Assembly (NCBI GenBank): GCA_028023455.1 | Contig: JAQFVV010000003.1 | Span: forward strand, 6,696,001-6,760,000 | From: Epiperipatus broadwayi | Lineage: Eukaryota; Animalia; Onychophora | Reading direction: 5' to 3' | DNA length: 64,000 nucleotides | In this document: positions 26,901-40,348 of the stretch, piece by piece | Layout of the letters: every line of letters starts with the position of its first letter | Position numbering within the stretch: position 1 is the first letter of the stretch | The notes under the pieces: model-generated | Seen by the model: the letters and a program-made list of their open reading frames with translations, nothing else | What the model was told of the DNA's origin: nothing | The model's database searches: none | Translations under genes and position numbers: made by a program

Positions 26901-27372
26901 ATCTAATATACATTGTCTGTAAAGATATTTTTTATTATATATATATATAAATGTCTATGTAAAGTACACAGAAATTTAATCAATAAAATTAAAACCTCTT
27001 TGTTCTTATGACTGCATCATGCAGCCATGAATTTTCAAATTATAAACATCAAGGTTTAGCATAATATTATTGGAAATCTACACAGTATATGTGTGTGCTT
27101 TTTACATTTTTGTTTGCATCTTTCTTTCTAGTTTCAGAAAAGGTAAGTTGTTTTTTTCTACAACAAAAATTAAAAATTTTATGATAATTTTTGATATCAA
27201 GTAAATTGGATTTTTTTTGTCTTCCTTTTAGTTTTTCCATTTTTAATGGAACAAGATTTGCCCTAGAAAATTACATAAGAAAAAAGAGAAGATATAACCG
27301 ATGTACTTAGAAGACTGAATATTATTGGAAGCAGATGGTAAGTTATAATTTTACATATTTTTAAATTATTAT

Positions 27373-27838
27373 TTGAATATATTTTTTAATTATTATTTGA
27401 ATTTATATTTGATAAAAAAATATACGAAAAAAATTATTACTGAAACTAATATATATGCTGATCAAAAAAAAAAAGCTCACGATTGTGTAAAGTTATATCG
27501 TGATTTTGGGTCCAGATGTCTAATATATGAATTAGCTGATGTCTGGATGATATGAGATAAAGATAAACATATTTTGCAAATATTATGACCCGATTTAGAT
27601 TTTTCTATAATATCTTGTCTGCATTTTAATAATAATACAAATTTCAAATGCTAAAAGTAAAGATTTTGGCAGTATATAAACTTAGGCTGTTTATACATTG
27701 CTGCAATGTAGATTTTAAAGCTGCATATAAAATGCAAAGAGAGGTGGCAGTTGATGAAGCTATTATTAAATTTATGGCCATATTAGCATGAAGCAGTATA
27801 AGCCCTCAAAACCTATAAAGATAAGATAAATAATACTA
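27373..27838 (+). mobile_element. piggyBac-family transposase fragment (pseudogene)
   Basis: Stitched frames: IITETNIYADQ ... IMTRFRF/ISCLHFNNN/YKLRLFI..CNVDFKAAYKMQREVAVDEAIIKFM/SMKQYKPSKPIK. These match the piggyBac ETNxYA, MSRNRF, LHFNDN, VDE (first catalytic Asp) and KQYxPxKP motifs. Confidence 0.85.
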
Positions 27839-29449
27839 CATCGCACTGACTTTCAACTACTAACTTATATATACCTCAAGCTAAACTCTATAATGAATTT
27901 AGTATTTCATTCACTTTTTATTTTATTTTGTATATAGTGACTATTTTAGTAGTAATTTTTAATAAATTACAAACTGTATTAAAGTTCTTTATTATAATAT
28001 TCAAATTATACTAATTATTGATTAATATTAACTAGTTGTTATAAGGGATGTTATTAGGAATGACATATTCATTGCAAACCCCTGTATGGAAAAATATTTT
28101 GAAGGGCTACTAGTAAAAATGAAAGGTATTAATGTCTTTATTTTATGAAGTGTTCAAGTGATGGATTACCTTAGGTAAAGGTTATTATAAACCATTTTTT
28201 TTAGAAATTTTATGATGAATCCAACTAACCTACTAACAAAAATATAATTTTAAGTTGTATGCATGATAATTTTGAATTTATGAAATAATATGAACATAAT
28301 TATTAGAAATATTAACTTTCATTCTTTTTTTATTACTTTGAATATCAATTACTATATTTTTTCAACTTAATTACATTTTTTGGTATTTTATGTTTCAAAC
28401 AATATATATTATGCCATTTTTGAATAATACAAACTTATGTTATGATAAAATTAGTGAATTAACATAATTTTTTAAATATTTAATGTGGCTGCTTCATCAT
28501 CCTAAAGTTAAAAGTAAATCGTCAATGTATCTCTCAATTTGCATATAATTAAATAAAACTAATAGCAGATCAGGCTATTTTGCTCTGACTAATAATGTAA
28601 TAGGCAGAGTAATATATGTATGCAAATATTCTACTTACTAATACTGATATATATAATTTCTTTTGTGCTGTCATATTTGTTTTATATTGTATTTTTTTAA
28701 TTAAATTTCTGTATCATGTGTGTTTTTATTCTCTAAAAATAACTTCTATATTGGATTATACATTCTTTATATGCATGTAAGTATCTAAACATGGTAATAA
28801 TTATAATTAGTTTTAAAGACTGCTTTAGACAATTAAAAAAATTTAAGCAATGGTTTGGAAGGTATCAAGGTTGTAAGGGAGCTAATCTGTTTAAAAATTA
28901 ATGGTAGCACCCTTATAAAACAACTAAAATTATACTGACAAGTAAACAAAAGCTAAACTTCACCATAAATCTTTTCATATACATATGTATAAATATGATA
29001 CTCTCAAATATAAATTATGTCCCATGAAAGTATGGAGACTTAAGTTTTACACCAACATTCAGATGCATCAAATGGTAAACTAACTTTATTACCAAGTATT
29101 TGGATGCATCCTCCATTTAAAGGTGTAATACATGTGTGTCTGTGCACATGTATATATTATAAAGGATACATTAATTTGTTGTAAATAAAAAAGCTTGTAA
29201 CTAAATGAAGTGCATTAGAAAAAAATACCAAATAATTGCATTAGAAATGGTAAACTCCCATTTATTACACTGCCCCAGAATCATCTATTTTAAGATTGAA
29301 TAATCAATAGATGTTAAATGATAGCACAAATCAAATTTTCAGATTAATTTTTTTGATTTTATTCTTCACTAATGAAAAATATTAGGTTTACTTACACACA
29401 TGTATCAAGCCACCATTCCTACTTACTTTACAATATGAAACTATGTCCT

Positions 29450-31130
29450 GAGATTAAAATATTCTGAAGTTTTAATCCAAAACAATTTGCTTGTAGATAT
29501 TTATAGGTCTGATTTTAAACACTTTTGTCTAATGCTCATAAAGCAATTCCACAAGGCTCACCATTAGCAGCAGTCTTTTTTTCTATTTATGTGAACTCCA
29601 TGGTGAATGAAATAAAACCATTAATAAATGGAATCTACCTGCACCAATTGGGAGTTACAGTAAAAGTCACAGCCTTTATAAAGGACATCATAATAATTTT
29701 TGAAACAGTTATAATATCGATATAGTTATGAATTAAATTGGAAAATTTCAGAAAGCAACAGAATCAGTAGTACAGTTTGCTAAGTCAGCAATTTTGCAAT
29801 TGGCAACAGGGAAAAGAATACCAAATGAGTTTTTAGCTCAGCATAGGTCTTTCTTGGTCTCTCTTTGTATTTATCCAAAACTAAAATGAATTGTCTGTTA
29901 AATCAACTAATTACAACAAAAAAAATAGAAGAAAGAATTAATAGCCTTTCATTATTTAAACTCTATGAAGTGACTAAAACCAAGATTTTCAATATGATTG
30001 CAATTGGAGTCCCTAGCTATTATGGACTGTGGTTGAAATTATATAACAAAACGACCGTAAGGATTATGCAAATGGCTAAAAAATTCATATGTGGCAAGAA
30101 ATCTAGCCTTCTCTCAACCTCAGTATTACAGTTACCAATAGATAAAGGTGGACTTAATTTAATCAACCCAAAAGCTTAAGTTTGCTACTGCCAGGGCTTA
30201 TTTGAACCAAAAGAAGAATCAGTCCTTGTCCCCCTATGAGTGATATAAGAATTTATAATGAAATGGGGGCTGAGAGAAGATCACATTTTGCTGACATGTT
30301 TATAACATACAAAGGCTTACAAGATGATCTTAATGTCCAAAATCTTGATGGAATAAAATATAAAGATTTAACAAACAGAGTTTACCACAATAAAAATTCT
30401 TGTTTAGGGTCCCCAATGAAAAATGTTCTTAAAAAATTCCACTCGATATATACACTTCAGACATCCATGAATTTTTTTTAAGTTGATCAATGGAATTTTG
30501 CCTACTACTTCCTATATTAGTAAAAGGTTGGGAATGGGTTTGGATAAAGTGTGTATTTTTTGTAAGAAGAGCAGTGAAACATGTATGCACTTGCTTGAGG
30601 ACTGCCATGCATTTTGGGATCTGAGATCAAAAGTCTTTCACATGCCAAGAATAAATCTAAAATATCTGTTAAAAAATATGTGATGAGCTTCAATCTGTAT
30701 AATGTAATGGTAATTATTCATTCGTTGAAAACAATATGGGCAATAAGATGCTCACTAGTTTTTGATAATAAAAAATTCAAATGACTAAGAAAGCTAGATA
30801 GAGGTTAGGATGATTACTTTAATGCATGCTTAAAATATTGACCCAAGAATACTATAGAATTGGTATGGGGAGGAACTCCTCTGTGCACATGTGAAATTTG
30901 GTAGTTAAAACATCTTTTGCACTCTATGGATGAATTAGTAAAGGAAAGTAAGATAACATAGTAATCATTGATTAGTAAGTGAATTAACAAGATATATTAG
31001 GTAAAGAGATCAATGCTTTGGGTATTGCAACAACTTTGAAGAAATTGTGTTCATCAAATTAAACATATCTTTTGTAATTATGTAAATATCCTTTGTGTTT
31101 TTAATAAAGAATATTACTTAAAATAAAATA
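29450..31130 (+). mobile_element. 5'-truncated L1/Tx1-like LINE fragment (RT to Cys/His finger)
   Basis: IPQGSPLAAVFFSIYVN ... LQLPIDKGGLNL ... GILPT ... CIFCKKSSETCMHLLEDC, followed by an A-rich end near 31110-31135; many stops. Confidence 0.85.
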
Positions 31131-32719
31131 AAAATTTATTATAGATGGGTATGGAATAAAGTAATAGAGTGGAATATTACTCCTGCTGTTGTTGAAAGTG
31201 AAGTGATAAAATTATGTGATGCTATGTGTGCTAAATCCTACACTTTCTTACGTTAAAAACATTCCATTCATTTAAAAAACAACTTCAGTTTGAAATCCAT
31301 TGAACTATATTAACTATAACAAACACAGTGATGTTTAAAATAGAAATTCATAATTTAAAGAAAAATATCTATTCAAAATATTTCTAATATTTAAATCATT
31401 AACAACACTTTTCAATTTTATATAATTAATATCTATATTAAACCAGATGCTTTATCCACTTCAAAAGCAACATCAGAAAATTCAAAATTAGAATGTACAA
31501 TTTTAAAGATTTTAAAAGAAATTGAATGTAAAAGTTTTTGTACTTAATTTATTTTTATTTATTAAGAATACATACCATAAAACATGTACTCAATTATAGA
31601 CAGAAATGTAAAAACATTCTAATTTGAAAAAGAGTTTTAATTGTGATCTTTTCCTTTTTATTTTGTTGATTGTAATTTATTTTAAAAGCTGAGACTATTT
31701 TAAATTAATTTTGAAATAGATAAAAGTCCTGGTCAGATTTTTTAAAATTAAGATGAAGTGGGAGATAGAGATTGACTCTGGTCAAAACTTTTTTAATTAA
31801 AGATTAGGTGGAAGATAACAATTCATATAAATAACCCTGGGTTTTTGACTGAATTATTATTCTGCTTTTTATTCTTATTCAGATTCTTATTGTGACTCTT
31901 ATTCAAGTTGCTGTTCTAATTTTTATATTTGCTAATTTCTCAACATGATTGCCAAAGGGGAATTTTTGCTGATTGCTGCTAGTATTTGCTGTTTGTTGTG
32001 TTCAGAAAGAATTGCTTAGCTGTTTGCTAATAGAAGAAGTAAATACATTAAGCTATTGGAAATAGTGACCATCCATCCAGGATACAGAAAATACTCACTA
32101 TAATGAATCTTAAAAATAATATGCAGTGTGAACTCCAGAGCTCCACAATTGTGCCTTTAAGAACATGACCTAAAAGCCTAGTCCAGAAATGATCCTAAAG
32201 ATTGCCTCCAGACTCCCAAACATATGTATGTAAATCAAAACCTTCACATGGAACCCAGTGTGGAGGTGAACTTTGTGTATCCTGTTGAAAAAAATCATCC
32301 AGACAGAACATTATGCATCAAAGGTAAACTCATCTTTTCATATCATAACCAGTTTAAATCTCTATTTTAACATCCCTTCTTAATCTAAAAAAAACCTGTT
32401 TCTATAATAAGTGATACTTACTTATTTAAAAATCACTAATTATTTTATTATGTATTTTATTTATTATATATATTGGAGTCTTAGTTTTAAGGTTTCATAT
32501 TTTAAATTTATTTGTCTGAGAGTGTATTCCAAGTTTATATTTTATACTTAGTGTTTTGCTCTTTTATATTAATAAACATTGATAAATGTTTGGGAAGATA
32601 TTAGAAATTTTCTTTTTACTGTCCTTTATTCTTTCATTGGTAATAATATGAATACTAAACCCTACCATTTGATGGTGCACTTTTTCACCTAATGCACATC
32701 AATATACCAATTCATGGGC

Positions 32720-35700
32720 CATCTGTTTGCTTGCATAATATTATAGTAAAATAGAGTGGATGCATTGACCAAATGATTTAAGCAATACTCGCCACATATT
32801 TGTATATCTCTCTGAGAAAAAATTGCACCAATTTCCAAACCCCAAAATCCTGAGCCCCTTAGGCAATCTGGGATATTTTCATCACTCAGTTTCTCCTTCA
32901 TCTGCTGCTGGAGTGGCAATCTTAATTTCCAATAGTAACCCATTTGAATCTTTTAAAGTTAACTATATAAACCCACATATAATTAATGCCACCTTATTTC
33001 ACAAGCCTTCACTTACCTCTACCGAAATGAATTACTAATTCAACAGATAATCCAACAGATTAACATCACAATTGCTTCCAACCCTTAAAAAACGATTGTC
33101 CTTGGGGACTTTAACACCTCCTACCAGGAATTTATAGCCAAATATATACATTGTCTTAATACCAGATTCATGAGTGGAGAGAGCTTCTTCTCTCCGAATG
33201 CCTTTTCCTTCTATACAAGAAGGTATACCTCTCTCATAGACCTAATCTTCTATACTCCTGATCTACACTTTCTGATTGACCCCTCATTCCAACCTATAAC
33301 CTTTTCCAACCACTTGGCATTATCCATTAAACTATCTCTAAATCTTGAGTCATCCAATACTCCAGGTCTGAGCATAACCACAAGAATCCTCCTCAAGTCC
33401 ACATCACTTGAAGCCATCATCTCTGAGGCATACATAATGTTTTCACAAAATTCATATCCTGTCTTTGCCACTGGTTGATGCCTGGTTGCCTTCATCCATA
33501 TTTTAATGTCATTAATCTCAAACTGTAAATTACATAATAAAGGGCCTTCTTCCTTTCTGATGGAACTTGAATCACTCAAAAACACCCTATAAAATCTTCC
33601 CCTTGATACAAATTCCTATAGAATCCATCATCAACCTGAAATCCCAACACAAAAATAAACAGTTGATTTTGGCAGAGTATCTATCAAAAAGTCAAAAAGT
33701 TCTCTTAAACCAGCCCCACAATTGATCCAGGGGCTACATTAGATGGGCTCTGGGCCATAGAGACAAGAAACCCACTCCATCTATCACAGTTGGAAATAAC
33801 CTTTACTCGGGATCTAACATGCTTCTAAAAAATTTTTTGTTCTTCATGGAAAAGTTTTCCACTCATGCACCTGACTCTAAACAGGACTCAATTTGGGATT
33901 CTTCCCCTTCTGACCATGGCATCCCGGAAGGAGATATTCTGACTAAGTTAATATTGATGCCTGAAAGGATCCATCTGGGGCTTTATGCAATTCCCCATTT
34001 CCTTCTGCTACACCTGTCTAAATTCTCGTTTCCAATCATGTACAACTTGGTTAATCACCTTTCTTCCGGTGTCCATGAAATTGGTGGTCTTTATCCTATA
34101 GCAATAGTGCCATTTCTAAAGCGTAACATAATTCCTTCCCCACTGGAGAATCTGCGGCCCATCTCTATGACTCCACTGATGGTCAAGGTCATTGAATCTA
34201 TAATCAAGGACAAAATTTAAAACAAGATTATTTCCCTTATTTTGCAATATCAATTTGCAAAAAAGGGCAGCTCAACCACAAATGCTATCAATCTCTTTAA
34301 AATCATTACTGACCACATCAGATCCCCCAGGCAATCTAGACCAGTGGTTGTGCAGCTCAACATTGCAGCTGCCTTTGATTCTATTCAACTCAATACCCTT
34401 TTAAATATACTTGGTGAGCATGACATTTCTACCAGAATCATAAATATTATTAGAAACCTCCTCTACAATCATGAATTGAGCATCTCACTTAATGAATGTG
34501 AAGCTTTCTCCCCCATTCTACACTACGTCCTCCATTCTACAAGGCTCTCCTCTGAGCGCCCTGTTTTTCATTACTTACCTCAACTGTCTGCTTCTTCAAA
34601 TTGAGAGATCCCTTCCTGGCATTCATACCCCAAATACATCAATTCATCACATCACCTCCGATCAATCTGGCCTCCAATTTAATATGGCCAAGTCATCTGC
34701 CTGGTATACATCTTTAGGTAAGACCATTCCAGGACCATTTGCAGTGAAGCCTCAGAACTTCTCGGGCTTCCCTATATTTGAATCCATGTCTACCATGAGG
34801 AGATCTATCCAAGGGAAGTTACATCAATCCATACAGAGAATCACATTCTCTCTATCCAAAGTGTACATGTCCATGTTCACCTAGTCCTCCCTCATCAACA
34901 TACTAATATTCCTAGAATATCCTATTTCACCCCAGTAGTCAATTTTACCAAAGTCTTTATCAGGAAAATACACAAGATGTGCACTGATCTGATTAGAAGG
35001 GGATAAAGTGCAACCATAAGCTTGAGAAATCTACAGAAACACACAAAACTCAATGGATTATCCCTACATTCCATAGATACTTTCATATTCCAACATTCCT
35101 ACAATTCTTTCTACAGAATGTGTCATCAATATCCTAACTACTCACATTCCAGAGAGGTCACTCCCACAGATAAGCCGCCCCCTATTGGTACTGACTGGCT
35201 GGCAGCCCTTGCATGTCTTACCTTCAAACATACTATGCTTCCTATAAAATCGTCCTCAATGAAAATCAAGTTCTGGGATGCATACTACATCCTTAATCCT
35301 GATGTTTCTGCAGGATCAACTATCCTCAGGCTTAACAACCATCTGCTAATCAAGAAATTTAAGTGATAGTTTCTTGAACCCAAATATTTTGATTTCATGA
35401 TAATATTAATGCCTTGCCTACTAAACACTTCTGGTGCATCGTCGAGGATTCTCTACGCTCACTATGCCTCAGAGTGGATGAAACTTGTCTTCACTTCCTC
35501 TGCCACTGTATTTCCCTTCACCCCTAAAGAGTCCTTATAGCCTCCATGTTAAATAATAATATGCCTGCCCTGTCAACTCTCATTAACAATATACTATGTG
35601 GATCCATCCCAGAGAGATGAATAACAACATTTGTACTGTTATCACTATGGTATACACGATGCTGGATCACCTTTAATTATGCACTAGAACATCCGCTCGA

Positions 35701-36240
35701 GCTCTATATTAACAAAATGGAAAAAATTTGGAAAAGGGACCAGAATTTGGCCCCCTCTTATATCTTGACTCTACATGGAGGTTATTGATCTGGCCCCCAA
35801 AGCTGATCCCTTTCACTCCTGAATAGAAATTTCCTTCCCTGGGGAGTAATTTGAGGCTGAATGGCCTGCATCCCTTTGTGATAACTCACCTTGATCTGCA
35901 TGATTATTGCCCAGATCCTGAGTTGTTATGGAAGTAATCTCCAATATGAAGGGTCGACTTGGTCATGTGGAGCATGGACAAAGGATTAAACCTATCGCTG
36001 AACTATATGAGACATGCAAGTGTGGTCATCTATATCAACAAGATACTATTCTGGACTCATTCCTTGCTGATATGCTTCATATTAGTCCTTTTGGCTAGTG
36101 TCAAACAAGATATCAATATTGAGCTTTCATCCCTCTGATTATCATGTAATATATCCTATGAATATATCCTATGTTTAACTATTATCATATATTGTAACCA
36201 AATTTCAAATAAAATTCTATATTTTATAAAATAAAAAAAG
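32720..36240 (+). mobile_element. L1/Tx1-like LINE ORF2 (APE endonuclease + RT + Cys/His finger), decayed
   Basis: AGVAILI, LIDLIF and SNHLAL (APE endonuclease); ENLRPISM, QFAKKG, NIAAAFDSI and QGSPLSALFF (RT); NALPTK ... DETCLHFLCHC; A-rich tail near 36225-36240. Confidence 0.9.
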
Positions 36241-36379
36241 ATTTCTTTTGTTTTTTTTTTTTTCAACCGGTTTTTAATTTTTTTTTCATTGGCAGCCCAT
36301 CTGTTTGGTTTACATAATATTATGATAAACCACCAAAGTTTTTTTTTTGTCCACCTGGGTTTTTTTTTTTTCATTTTTT

Positions 36380-37020
36380 AATAAACAAATACTTTGTTTT
36401 TAGATGGTCTAGGGGTGTTGGTTTGTTTTTAAATTATTGACTAGCTGTCCATTGATTTCTTTACATAATATTACTTACAGTAAACCAAAGTTTTTTTATT
36501 TTATTTTTTGGTTCGTTTTTTAAAGAAACAAACACTTTGTTTTTAGATGGTGTTAGGGGTGTTGGTTTGCTTTGAAATTATCGATTAACACTTCGTCAGT
36601 TTGTTTACACAAAAATATGGTAACAAACACTTTGTTGTTTTTAGATGATGGGGGGGGGGGATTGGTTATTTAATCTTCTTTTTTTTTTGGTTGATGATTT
36701 GATTTGCTGAAAGACTTCAACAATTCGGTACTTTTGAATAAACAAACACTTGGTTTTTTAGAGGGTGGAGGGGTTGTTTTGATTTTGAATTGTCGTCTTT
36801 TTTCTTTGTTAATTTATTACGAGGCTTTTCTATTTTTTTTGTTTCAAAATCTTTACACTACAGAAAGCTATATTATATGATAATGAAAAGTTCTTTCTTA
36901 ATTTTTGGGCCTTTAATTTTAAAAAAGACATAAACAGTTTGTTTTTAAAGAACACCTTTTTTTAAGCTGGGAGAGGTAAGGTGGGGTGGCGGGAAGGTTT
37001 GTTTTGATTTTAATTATCGA
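36380..37020. repeat. Degenerate tandem repeat with G-tracts (~100-190-bp spacing, 4-5 copies)
   Basis: AAACAAA(C/T)ACTT(T/G)GTTTTTAGA(T/G)G...GGGG...TTG starts at 36383, 36526, 36622 and 36740, with a weaker copy at ~36930-37020. Confidence 0.7.
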
Positions 37021-37361
37021 CTTCTTTTTGGATTTTCTTTTTGAACATTTTATGTTACCACACAGTTCTTCATTATTATTATATATATATATATATTTGG
37101 GTGGGACCTTTTGAATAAACTCTTAAACACTTCTTTTTTTATTTTGGTATAATAAAATATTACCTAATTTAATTAACTGTTAATGAAACTTATCAAATAT
37201 TACCTACCTACTTTCTAATCATGTGAACAACAACAAAAAACAACAGCTTTCCATAAAATAATTTATTGAATCCAAAATAAATCAAACTTTGGACAAGTTG
37301 TGAACCAAAACAAGTAACAAAAAAAATACCATTTTCAGGGGCATAAAAAAAAGCCAAAAGC

Positions 37362-37449
37362 AACACACAAATAAAATAACAGAGAAGCCTCAAAGCTGTA
37401 AGAAAAGGAACACACAAATAAAATAACAGGGAAGCCTCAAAGCTGTAAG
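37362..37449. repeat. 41-bp direct duplication
   Basis: AACACACAAATAAAATAACAG(A/G)GAAGCCTCAAAGCTGTAAG at 37362-37402 and 37409-37449. Confidence 0.95.
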
Positions 37450-37680
37450 TAATGGGATTTTGGAGCCCTCAAACCAACTTCCCTTACAGTTCTCGCACGA
37501 ATTCACATGTAAATGGGCATTTGTATGCAAAATCAGAAACAACTCTGCTGAAAAGAAGAACCTGTTCAAGTTGTGTACATGACAATTCTTAATATAAAAT
37601 ACTAATTCCACTACACTTTCTAAAAAATTTCCGACAATAAATTTTTGCAGAGTTTTGTCTCTTTCAAATATGGCCACATT
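37450..37680 (-). mobile_element. Possible Merlin/IS1595-like transposase N-terminal zinc-ribbon remnant
   Basis: Stitched minus-strand frames RVVSDFAYKCPFTCEFV/RTVR/GSWFEGSKIPL resemble the C..C...S.R.GSWF..SKL.L block of Merlin-type transposases. No DDE core is visible. Confidence 0.3.
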
Positions 37681-38803
37681 AAATCAGAACATAGTGAGAG
37701 TTCAAGAGTGCTCACTTGATGAATACTGTCACAATGCAATGGGCATAGTATGTAGAATACATCACCATCAGGTGGCCTGTTATGGTTCAAAAAACACCTA
37801 TTGTAGTGTCAGCCATAAATTAAGGCCACCAAAATGGTATATTGATGTGTGTTTTGTGAAAAACGATGCCATCAAGTGGGTGAAGTTCAGTATTCATAAT
37901 ATTACCCTTTCATCATAATTAATTTAGACAATATTGACTTGCACTTCTTACAGACATCATAAATCTTTTGGCTAGTGATATATCAAGGGTATTGTTCTGT
38001 TTTTCTTAAGCAGTAGAGATTTTGTTTTTCCTATATTTCAGATTACATAATACCATAATCTTCGTCTTTTTTTTCTTTTCCGAATAAACTTTGGGAGCTT
38101 AAATGTGGCATTTTCTTGAGTGTTTGCAGGCATATGACATCCTGGTTCAGGAAATCTCACCTGCGCTGTTCATTGACTTCTATGCAAGATCGTTTTGGTT
38201 TTTAAATCTCTAATTAGAGGAAACTGTAATTTGTTTACATATAAATTGCCAGCAGTAAGAAACCATAATTCACTTTTAATTCTTAGGTAAGTGTCCTTAT
38301 CTGCCAAAGTATTTAATGTGCCAATACTCTCATACACTCTCTGATAAACCAGGTGGAGAAATTAGGGCAAACATTCATAATTTCTTTGACAAATATTTTA
38401 AATTATATTTGTTTTAAAATTATTTATAAATTACTTTTGGTTAACAATTGTCTCTGTGTCATTTTCTCAATTGTCTGAACAATATTAAAGATATATTTCT
38501 CTTCCTATGTCTAGCTTGTAGTATTTATCATCATTGTTAACTTTTGGATCACCATAAATTAAATTTTCTAAATAGTTAGTGATCTAGTGACACCCTCAGT
38601 GACCAAAAGAAAATTGAAGTGATCATTATAATATATAAAAAATATATATATGCTTTACAATTCTGTATCCCAAAACCACTGTGAAAATATTTGAAATTAT
38701 TCCTTAGAGAAAAGTTCATTGATATAAATTCTATTAATAAATTACCTCTTAAGGGTGTATATTTGAAAATACTCATGAATAAAAATAAATAAATAAATTT
38801 GAA

Positions 38804-38879
38804 TTTATACTACTTATTCTATGGAAATTAAAAATTCCATGTTTATACTACTTATTCTATGGAAATTAAAAATTCCATG
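38804..38879. repeat. 38-bp perfect tandem duplication
   Basis: TTTATACTACTTATTCTATGGAAATTAAAAATTCCATG occurs twice in tandem. Confidence 0.95.
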
Positions 38880-40034
38880 TTTATTTCTATATTAATTAAA
38901 TATTGATTCATGGCATAATTATTAGAAAGTAGAAAGTAATTTGTAAGGAGGGGAAAGACTTTTGCAGCAAGAATGGAAAGACTTGGGCCATTAAGTGTTA
39001 TAATAATGCAGTGAATCATTGCATCAATAGTACTGAAGTAAGTAAGTGTTAGGATTTTTCAGTAAGTGTTAGGATTTTTAATTTACATACAAAAATCAGG
39101 AATAAATGTCCTTTAAAATAAAAGTGCCCTCTGGTGGTAATTTATTGACGAAAGCTTAATACATTTCTGCAGAAATTTGTGAATAGCTGATTTCATCAGT
39201 AAATATATTTTTCTTACTGATTTTGTAGTGAATGTTAAAAAGCTCTACAAATGTATTCACAGATTCTTTATTCTATCATGAATTTCATAATAAAGTATGG
39301 TGACTGTGACCATTGAAAGAAGAGGAGAATTTATATTAAAAGAAAAAACCTTTTGCAGATTGTTATGAAATGATGGTAGTAATTTTCATTTCTATAAACT
39401 AAACTAAAAAACTCTCTCTATATATATATATATATTGTACCTATATTGATATAGGCACATATAATTTTTATCTAAAATTATTATTAAAGTAATCTTTCAT
39501 AAAAGAAAAACATAAAATTAAATGTTGAAGAATTTATTGCAGCTTGTTTTCGAAAAAGATAAGAATTAAATAGTTTTCTAGCGTTAGTTTTTGAAATAAA
39601 AAAGCTACAATTAATTAGTCAAAAGGGGGGAGGGGGAGTCTTGGTTTGAGAAATGAAACTAAGGGTTATAAAAGGAAGTAAAGAGTTTTTGTTAGTATTC
39701 GTAAAAATATAATTTGAAAAAGTTAAAACATACAAATCTCTTTTCATTCAATTTTAATTAAAGAAAAAATAATGTTAAAACTAAATAGTAAATTGTATTA
39801 AAAATATATGTGCTTATATATGTACATTTGTAAATATATAAAATGTATGTGAAAGTTAAAGAAGATTATCATTAAAAAACACGGCAATGGCTATTAGATA
39901 TTAATTAATATAAAACAATACGTTTTTGCATGGCTATTACTAATTAAGCAATCTTTCAAAACACGTTTATCAAATGATTATCAATTCGACAACAGATATT
40001 TGCCGGAGATATCAGAAAGACAACAAGGCGCAGG

Positions 40035-40348
40035 TATAAATAGACCTTTTTTTTATCGGACAGTATTCATTCCACAAATTAGTTGAGACAATCAATTCAC
40101 AAAAGTAATTGAGTAGTGCAGTTCAGAAATTAATTGAGCAGTTAACAAACAAAATGCAGTGTTGAGAAGATCTTGGGAATGCACATTTACCTCCAGCCCA
40201 GATGTCCTAGAAAAACAGCAGATCTGCCTGTGAAATAATGTCAGCTTAACATCGTAGAAAATCTCCGTCCGTATCTAATTGTCTCCAATAGTAATAATCG
40301 TGAAAATAAGGAAACTCATCAAGGAAAAATCCCAGCCAGCTGGTAAGC
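40035..40348 (+). promoter_or_regulatory. Candidate TATA/Inr promoter with non-coding first exon
   Basis: TATAAATA at 40035-40042; CAGT at 40061-40064 (27 bp spacing); CTG|GTAAGC donor at 40343; CpGs are locally retained. The putative exon has only very short ORFs. Confidence 0.3.

Noticed and set aside
26985-28135. TTAA-bounded termini for the piggyBac remnant
   Set aside because: The candidate ends (TTAAAACCTC near 26990, GAAAGGTATTAA near 28125) pair too poorly to call TIRs.
38265-38292. Recursive-splice-like TTAG|GTAAGT (also CAG|GTAAAT at 43920)
   Set aside because: A rough base-composition estimate gives about one AGGTAAGT per strand in 64 kb by chance, and no host gene is defined.
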